This document shows, in pieces, positions 26,337 to 31,201 of a stretch of DNA of 31,201 nt. The position numbers and the translations under genes were made by a program. The notes below the pieces were generated by a model. The model worked only from the letters and a program-made list of their open reading frames with translations. It was not told the origin of the DNA and made no database searches. Position 1 is the stretch's first letter. Every line of letters starts with the position of its first letter. The DNA is from a bacterium (GTDB taxonomy: Bacteria; Patescibacteriota; JACMRA01): NCBI GenBank assembly GCA_043764135.1, contig JAYUKV010000131.1:1-31201 (forward strand), written 5' to 3'.

Positions 26337-28115
26337 ATGAACACTCAATTGGCAATTCCAACTACCACCAAATCTCATCTTGAACAGTTATCTGACTTTA
26401 TACAATCTTCTAGGACTTGGCCCAAATTAGTAAATTGGAATTCTCTTGTTCTAGAGCATCCATTAACTGTAAATCACTGGTTAATGGTAAAAGGTTTAAT
26501 AGATTCTTACTACAATTATGGTCAGGAATGTATTAGATTTACAACCGACCAAGAACCAGGCTATCTTGATAACTCTCTATTTACATTTAGGAATTATCTA
26601 GATCATTTTTGGGAAAGTATTGTACTTGATGAATATTGCTGTTATGCACATAACCTTATTCTTGAGTTTATTGCATACATCAATTGTAGAATGAATGGAG
26701 TAATGGGAGAGTATTTAGAATACGCAACCAATCTAGCAAAATTAAATCAAGTTAATACAGAAAGCTGGAATATTAATCAATACTTTGATTACTATATCAA
26801 GCAGTTTAGCCCTCTTGGAGGTCTTTCACAATCTAGGTTTGGATACATACTTGAATTCTATCCGTTTAATTGTATAAGAGAAGTCTGCAAACCAAAACAT
26901 TATGCAGCTTGCCAAAAACTCTTTATAATTCAGGAAGTTGTTCAATTAATTCATAAACTGCATTTACGAAATGACTCAGAAGTTAAGATAAATGTTGCAG
27001 GTTTTGATTTTTTATCAAAACAGGACTTAACGCCTGTGATGAACAAAAGAATCAACAAAACTTCATCATTAGATTTTCTAAATTATACTTATGATTTTGA
27101 AAAAATTGATGAAACTTGGATAAAAGAAAGTTTTAATATGGAGCTTGTTGAAGCGCTGTTTACTCAAAACGAGTTTGCCTTGTTGCTAGAAAATCCATTT
27201 GAAACTTATTTTGAAAATCTCAGGTATTTTCTCAATGATGTATTACCTGAAATCGCAAACAATAGGGTGATATTACCCTTTGTTAAAAAAGCAAATGAAA
27301 GTTTCAAATTAACACAAAAAACAAGATTAACTTCTTCAAAAGGTCAAGCACCCTACCTTGAATATTTTGAAGAAAAATTGGTTTTTGGTTATTTATTAAG
27401 CGATGATTGTAATCAGGAACAAGCTTCACATATCCTTCGCCTATTGGCATTAAGTAAGAACAAAGGTTTTGATGAAGTTGTAACTTTGTTGTATTTAGAT
27501 CAAACCAAATCAAGCAAACTTACAAAACAATCGGTTCGTTATCTGTATGAACTTTACAAGGAGCAGTATGATGAATTGTTTGAACTTAATGTGGACAAAT
27601 CTGATTCTGTTAGAACTGATTCACTTGAGAACGATTTACATGAGAGTAACACAGATTATCAGGGAGATGATAAAGACAGTGAAGAAGCGATTGTATTTAC
27701 ATCCAAGACAGATAACAGAATTGTTCGTAAGACACCGTGGAGTGGAATTATAGATCAAGGGATTTTTGAATTTAAGTCCAATTATATCAATTTTGACGCA
27801 TTCAAATACTCTGCAGTAAATAGATCCTTTAAAGAAGTCGAAAGAATACTAAAAATCGCAATCTCAATTCATCGAGAAAACGATTCAATTCTAGATGCTT
27901 TTAAAGCTATCTTAATAAATCCAGATTTATATGGTATAGGTGCTTCTTTGCTTAAGAATAAGGTAACACCATTCCATGAAAACACTTCAAGAATCAGAGC
28001 GGGTGATCTAGAAATCAAACTGAGTGAAGGATATAGATTATTTCTGAGGAACTGCGATGGTGATGTTAGAAAAGTCGAAATTGTTGAACTGTCCAATCCC
28101 AAATACCACCACTAG
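26337..28115 (+). CDS. Hypothetical protein, 592 aa, with a possible C-terminal RelE/ParE-like domain
   Basis: Long ORF; acidic linker (DSVRTDSLENDL...DDKDSEE) then C-terminal GDLEIKLSEGYRLFLR...VEIVEL...YHH. ORF is secure; the domain call is tentative. Confidence 0.7.
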   Translation: MNTQLAIPTTTKSHLEQLSDFIQSSRTWPKLVNWNSLVLEHPLTVNHWLMVKGLIDSYYNYGQECIRFTTDQEPGYLDNSLFTFRNYLDHFWESIVLDEYCCYAHNLILEFIAYINCRMNGVMGEYLEYATNLAKLNQVNTESWNINQYFDYYIKQFSPLGGLSQSRFGYILEFYPFNCIREVCKPKHYAACQKLFIIQEVVQLIHKLHLRNDSEVKINVAGFDFLSKQDLTPVMNKRINKTSSLDFLNYTYDFEKIDETWIKESFNMELVEALFTQNEFALLLENPFETYFENLRYFLNDVLPEIANNRVILPFVKKANESFKLTQKTRLTSSKGQAPYLEYFEEKLVFGYLLSDDCNQEQASHILRLLALSKNKGFDEVVTLLYLDQTKSSKLTKQSVRYLYELYKEQYDELFELNVDKSDSVRTDSLENDLHESNTDYQGDDKDSEEAIVFTSKTDNRIVRKTPWSGIIDQGIFEFKSNYINFDAFKYSAVNRSFKEVERILKIAISIHRENDSILDAFKAILINPDLYGIGASLLKNKVTPFHENTSRIRAGDLEIKLSEGYRLFLRNCDGDVRKVEIVELSNPKYHH

Positions 28116-28139
28116 TCTTAGGTTTTATAAACACACACA

Positions 28140-28172
28140 TTTACCACTTATTTATAGTGGTGAATTTTTTTT
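28140..28172 (+). terminator. Intrinsic terminator
   Basis: TTTACCACT/AGTGGTGAA stem followed by T8. Confidence 0.8.
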
Positions 28173-28185
28173 GTTTTGTGTTTAT

Positions 28186-28348
28186 TAGACTTCCCCACAT
28201 TTAAAATTTTTAATTAGAAATTAGAAAAATATTTAGAATTTTATGATTTTTGTTTTCCTCTTATACCTATGTATAAAGGAAAACAAAAATTGTAAAATTA
28301 TAGATATTTAGCAATTTTTAATAAAATTATTAAATGTGGGGGAGTCTA
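28186..28348 (+). repeat. 163-nt near-perfect fold-back hairpin upstream of the methyltransferase
   Basis: By hand, 73 bp paired and 17 nt unpaired, with a CTAT loop at 28267-28270; outer arms TAGACTTCCCCACATTTAA/TTAAATGTGGGGGAGTCTA. Confidence 0.92.
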
Positions 28349-28386
28349 TTGACTTGGATTTAATAATACACAACAATTTATTGTAT

Positions 28387-29103
28387 ATGGACTTCTCACA
28401 AGTCAACACACAATTCTACCAAGATATTTTTAAAATTTGGAATAACGAACCTGATTATTATTGGGACGGTTTCTGGTATCTATACAGCTATTTTGATCAA
28501 TGTTTAGAAGGAATTGACTCACCTAGGGTCTTGGATATTGGGAGTGCTAATGGAAGATTCTTTAATTTTCTTGAATTCTGCTGGCCAGAAAAGACGTTTA
28601 TAAAAGTAGGGATTGATTTTGTTGATTTTAAGATGGTGAATAACTATGATTTTATAAAATGTGATATTTCTAAAGAACAGTTCTTAGATCTTGATTTGGG
28701 GAAGTTTGATCTAATTACAGCCTTTGGTGTATTCCATCATATACAGTCACAACAAGTAAGAAATACAATCACTAACAAGATCAGTTCAATGCTATCTGAT
28801 AATGGTGTATTTGTATTTACTAGGTGGAATTTTCTTTTACTAAATAGACTAAGAAAACACATCCTCACACCTGAGCAAATTCCTAATTTTGATGCTAGTA
28901 GTCTAGAATTGGGTGACTATTTTTTAAAATGGGATAAAGGGCAATACTCTATTAGATATGCCAATTTTATGGATATATTCCAAATCGAGCAAATGTTATA
29001 TAAATCTAATTTGAAATGTCTTAATTCATTCAATGCAGACGATAAAACTGAAAACAGGAATTCATACTTCATATGTAATTTGAAAGCAAGGATATATAGC
29101 TAA
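28387..29103 (+). CDS. Class I SAM-dependent methyltransferase (likely start ATG 28387)
   Basis: VLDIGSANG motif I, GIDF, FDLITAFGVFHHI motif IV, LSDNGVF. The ORF-track start at 28336 lies inside the hairpin arm and upstream of a TTGACT -35 box at 28349. Confidence 0.88.
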   Translation: MDFSQVNTQFYQDIFKIWNNEPDYYWDGFWYLYSYFDQCLEGIDSPRVLDIGSANGRFFNFLEFCWPEKTFIKVGIDFVDFKMVNNYDFIKCDISKEQFLDLDLGKFDLITAFGVFHHIQSQQVRNTITNKISSMLSDNGVFVFTRWNFLLLNRLRKHILTPEQIPNFDASSLELGDYFLKWDKGQYSIRYANFMDIFQIEQMLYKSNLKCLNSFNADDKTENRNSYFICNLKARIYS

Positions 29104-29261
29104 TTACTACTAAAAAAAATTACATTTATAACTACAAATATCCCAATATTTATCACTTCTTATTTTACTTTAACCATTGGGTTAAGAGTAAAATAACGAG
29201 AAATAAATATTGGGATATTTTATTCATTCTAAATGTACATTTTTAGTAGTAATTAGCTATA
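29095..29261. repeat. 167-nt fold-back hairpin overlapping the methyltransferase stop codon
   Basis: Perfect 22-bp outer arms TATAGCTAATTACTACTAAAAA/TTTTTAGTAGTAATTAGCTATA; perfect 18-bp AAATATCCCAATATTTAT/ATAAATATTGGGATATTT; 67 bp in total; ATTG loop. Confidence 0.92.
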
Positions 29262-29337
29262 ACTATGATTTTATCTTGCTTATAATTTAATTAGTAAAGC
29301 TATCTAAAGGAATTAGTGACAAACGATTAAATTTCTC

Positions 29338-29366
29338 TTGCTAATTTATAAAATTATTATTATAAA
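29338..29366 (+). promoter_or_regulatory. Sigma70-type promoter
   Basis: TTGCTA-N17-TATAAA directly upstream of ORF 29372. Confidence 0.5.
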
Positions 29367-29371
29367 TATCT

Positions 29372-29677
29372 ATGTTAGAATTGCAGGGAAAGTATATGGC
29401 TTTTAAAAAACTTTTCGACACCCAATCTGTCGAAGATATTTATTACAAAACTACCATAATGTGCTCCCATGAAAAGCTTAACTGCCTGAGTTTTTTGATC
29501 AAGTTTTACTTTAAGAGGTTATCAATTTACACCTCTACATGTTTCGACGACGATAGCTATCTAAAAGCTACAATACAATCTCAACAAAACCAAAGTAATA
29601 TTGATAAAGACCTTAAGTTATGGCTAACACGATTATTAGTTATAGATTTATACTATAACAAGACTACATCAAATTAA
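29372..29677 (+). CDS. Hypothetical protein, 93-101 aa
   Basis: ATG-led ORF (alternative ATG 29396) behind a plausible promoter. Confidence 0.6.
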   Translation: MLELQGKYMAFKKLFDTQSVEDIYYKTTIMCSHEKLNCLSFLIKFYFKRLSIYTSTCFDDDSYLKATIQSQQNQSNIDKDLKLWLTRLLVIDLYYNKTTSN

Positions 29678-29785
29678 ATATGTAGTTTATTTTTTTATAA
29701 TTTGACTTTAATTCTCGTTTATGTTAGGAATTATATAGACCTAATATCGATTACTTATTCACTTATCTAATCATCGGAGAAATGA

Positions 29786-30883
29786 ATGTCGAATTTCAAA
29801 AAAAAGCATACATCAACCCAGTTTGGGCAACCACAACCTGTTGTTCGTAGAACTCAACCACCACAACAACCCGTTACCGATACTCAACAATACTCTCAAA
29901 CCGTCCAACCCACTATTACCACCCCTCCTTCAAACCCATCAGCTGCACCTCGAGTTGTTACCAACTTTCCTGCGCCTGGGCTTGCTGTAACAAAACCATC
30001 AAGAAAAGCTAGAATTAGCCTAAAAGCAGTAGGTGCTTTACTATTCTTGGGTACTGTTTCAATTGGAGCTGTGGCTATTGGATCTCCTAAAACTGTATAT
30101 GAAGTCAGGGCCGCACTAAGCAGTACTGATTCTCAATGCCAAAATGCAGATGGAAAGTTCCACAAGAACCTAACTGCAACATTGAGCAAAGGAATGTTTG
30201 GAGTTCCCCAACTTTCCATTTGTATTAACGGGCTTGTAGTGTCTCCCGACACCAAGCTACGAGTTCAAAATATTCCCGCAGGCGATTATTTACTTTACAG
30301 TGCAGCTCCGCGGCAAAATACACAGGTTGCAGCTAAGGACGTTGTAACTGCTCAAGTTACATACAAAGAGCAAGTTGTTCCTGTTAAAGATAACAAATTT
30401 GTTATCAACAACAAGGAATATTCCATTCAAACAGGTAGTAACAAGGTTAACATTGAGGGCACTGAAGCTACAGTTCAAACTGTTGATTCGTATACTGTCC
30501 AAAACGGAGTAAATTATCCTGTTACAAAGTTCGACCAAGGATACACTGCTAGTCTACCAGTAAAATGGGGATATGTTTTTGGGTATGTTCGTGATGATGG
30601 AACGGTTGTACGCGACCTAAAATCAGTCATTTCCCAGATCGAAGCAGGTAAAACCCTTGAAGAGCTTGGACTCAAAAGCGATCAATTCTTGACAATTGTT
30701 CCAAGTCCAAAATCCACATCTGCTACTGACCTTTCTGACCGCAATCTGGTCCAGGTATATCCCGGTGGTGACACTGACAAATACATTCTAGGAGCAAAGG
30801 ACGATAAAGGCAAACCCTTACCGGAAAAAGATGCAGCGAAGATCCTCAACGGTGTTAAATTTACAGTCCATGACTTAAAATAA
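29786..30883 (+). CDS. Single-pass membrane protein: Q/P/T-rich N-terminal tail, TM, about 265-aa predicted extracellular domain
   Basis: GGAG SD; low-complexity QPQPVVRRTQPPQQP..., RKARI followed by a hydrophobic helix; beta-rich C-terminal part. Confidence 0.85.
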   Translation: MSNFKKKHTSTQFGQPQPVVRRTQPPQQPVTDTQQYSQTVQPTITTPPSNPSAAPRVVTNFPAPGLAVTKPSRKARISLKAVGALLFLGTVSIGAVAIGSPKTVYEVRAALSSTDSQCQNADGKFHKNLTATLSKGMFGVPQLSICINGLVVSPDTKLRVQNIPAGDYLLYSAAPRQNTQVAAKDVVTAQVTYKEQVVPVKDNKFVINNKEYSIQTGSNKVNIEGTEATVQTVDSYTVQNGVNYPVTKFDQGYTASLPVKWGYVFGYVRDDGTVVRDLKSVISQIEAGKTLEELGLKSDQFLTIVPSPKSTSATDLSDRNLVQVYPGGDTDKYILGAKDDKGKPLPEKDAAKILNGVKFTVHDLK

Positions 30884-30911
30884 ATAACGCCTGAAAAAAT
30901 TTAATACTTAA

Positions 30912-30944
30912 ATAACACTTGCTTAGTCAAGTGTTATATTTTTT
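30912..30944 (+). terminator. Intrinsic terminator
   Basis: ATAACACTTG/CAAGTGTTAT 10-bp stem followed by ATTTTTT. Confidence 0.8.
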
Positions 30945-31201
30945 GGTTTATTTTTTGGTTATTAAGATATCAATAGAGATAGTATTCAAAGTTTTGGAAT
31001 ACGAATCAAAACATTACTTCGTATAACCAAAAGAATATCAAATTAGAATATTTATTGTTGTTCCTAATAATATTTTGAAAAGTATTATTATGAATTACAA
31101 TATAATTATAGCCTATTCACCTTTTAATTGTACAAAATAATCGAATAAAATTTATCTAGATATTGATTCTGTTATTTATCTCTTTACCCAATGGTAAAAG
31201 A

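Noticed and set aside
28186-29261. Canonical integron attC sites / integron
   Set aside because: No RYYYAAC...GTTRRRY cores at the hairpin ends, lengths exceed typical attC, and there is no IntI in the window; kept only as an analogy.
4204-30538. Short antisense or overlapping ORFs in the track (4204..4503, 8348..8653, 8765..9073, 9512..9808, 11068..11259, 14742..14954, 15024..15218, 16853..17038, 17282..17527, 20306..20572, 22475..22816, 24589..24828, 25959..26189, 27304..27513, 27547..27753, 27869..28102, 30290..30538)
   Set aside because: They shadow longer, better supported genes, lack SD/promoter support and have no recognisable motifs.

Overview
AT-rich bacterial chromosomal segment using the standard genetic code (leuS and recJ are intact with TGA as stop). 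The scattered housekeeping genes without operon context, the PilB-type ATPase, a reduced PriA and many orphan ORFs suggest a Patescibacteria/CPR-like genome (inference). Recognisable genes: PilB/GspE ATPase, leuS, a bacterial PH-domain protein, a SWIM Zn-finger protein coupled to an RcnA/NicO-type Ni/Co transporter fusion, a YidD-domain membrane fusion, a tRNA dihydrouridine synthase, an SPFH/band-7 protein, recJ, a lipoprotein, a truncated priA and a class I SAM methyltransferase. No integrase, transposase, tRNA, rRNA or CRISPR array is visible. The most striking signal is non-coding. Three size-matched fold-back elements (18275-18437, 163 nt; 28186-28348, 163 nt; 29095-29261, 167 nt) share almost no primary sequence, and two of them bracket the methyltransferase gene exactly, like a cassette. 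There is also a 300-nt REPIN/MITE-like element (12192-12491) with a second partial copy at about 18441-18560, and an ORF-free unit of about 100 nt between a perfect sigma70 promoter and an intrinsic terminator (19227-19365; candidate sRNA). Orphan genes mostly sit as self-contained promoter-SD-ORF-terminator units, whereas core genes lack Shine-Dalgarno motifs. Two genes missed or split by the ORF track are interrupted by a single lesion (an A7 frameshift at 10026-10032 and an in-frame TAA at 14459-14461). All alignments and pairings were done by eye; no database searches were run.
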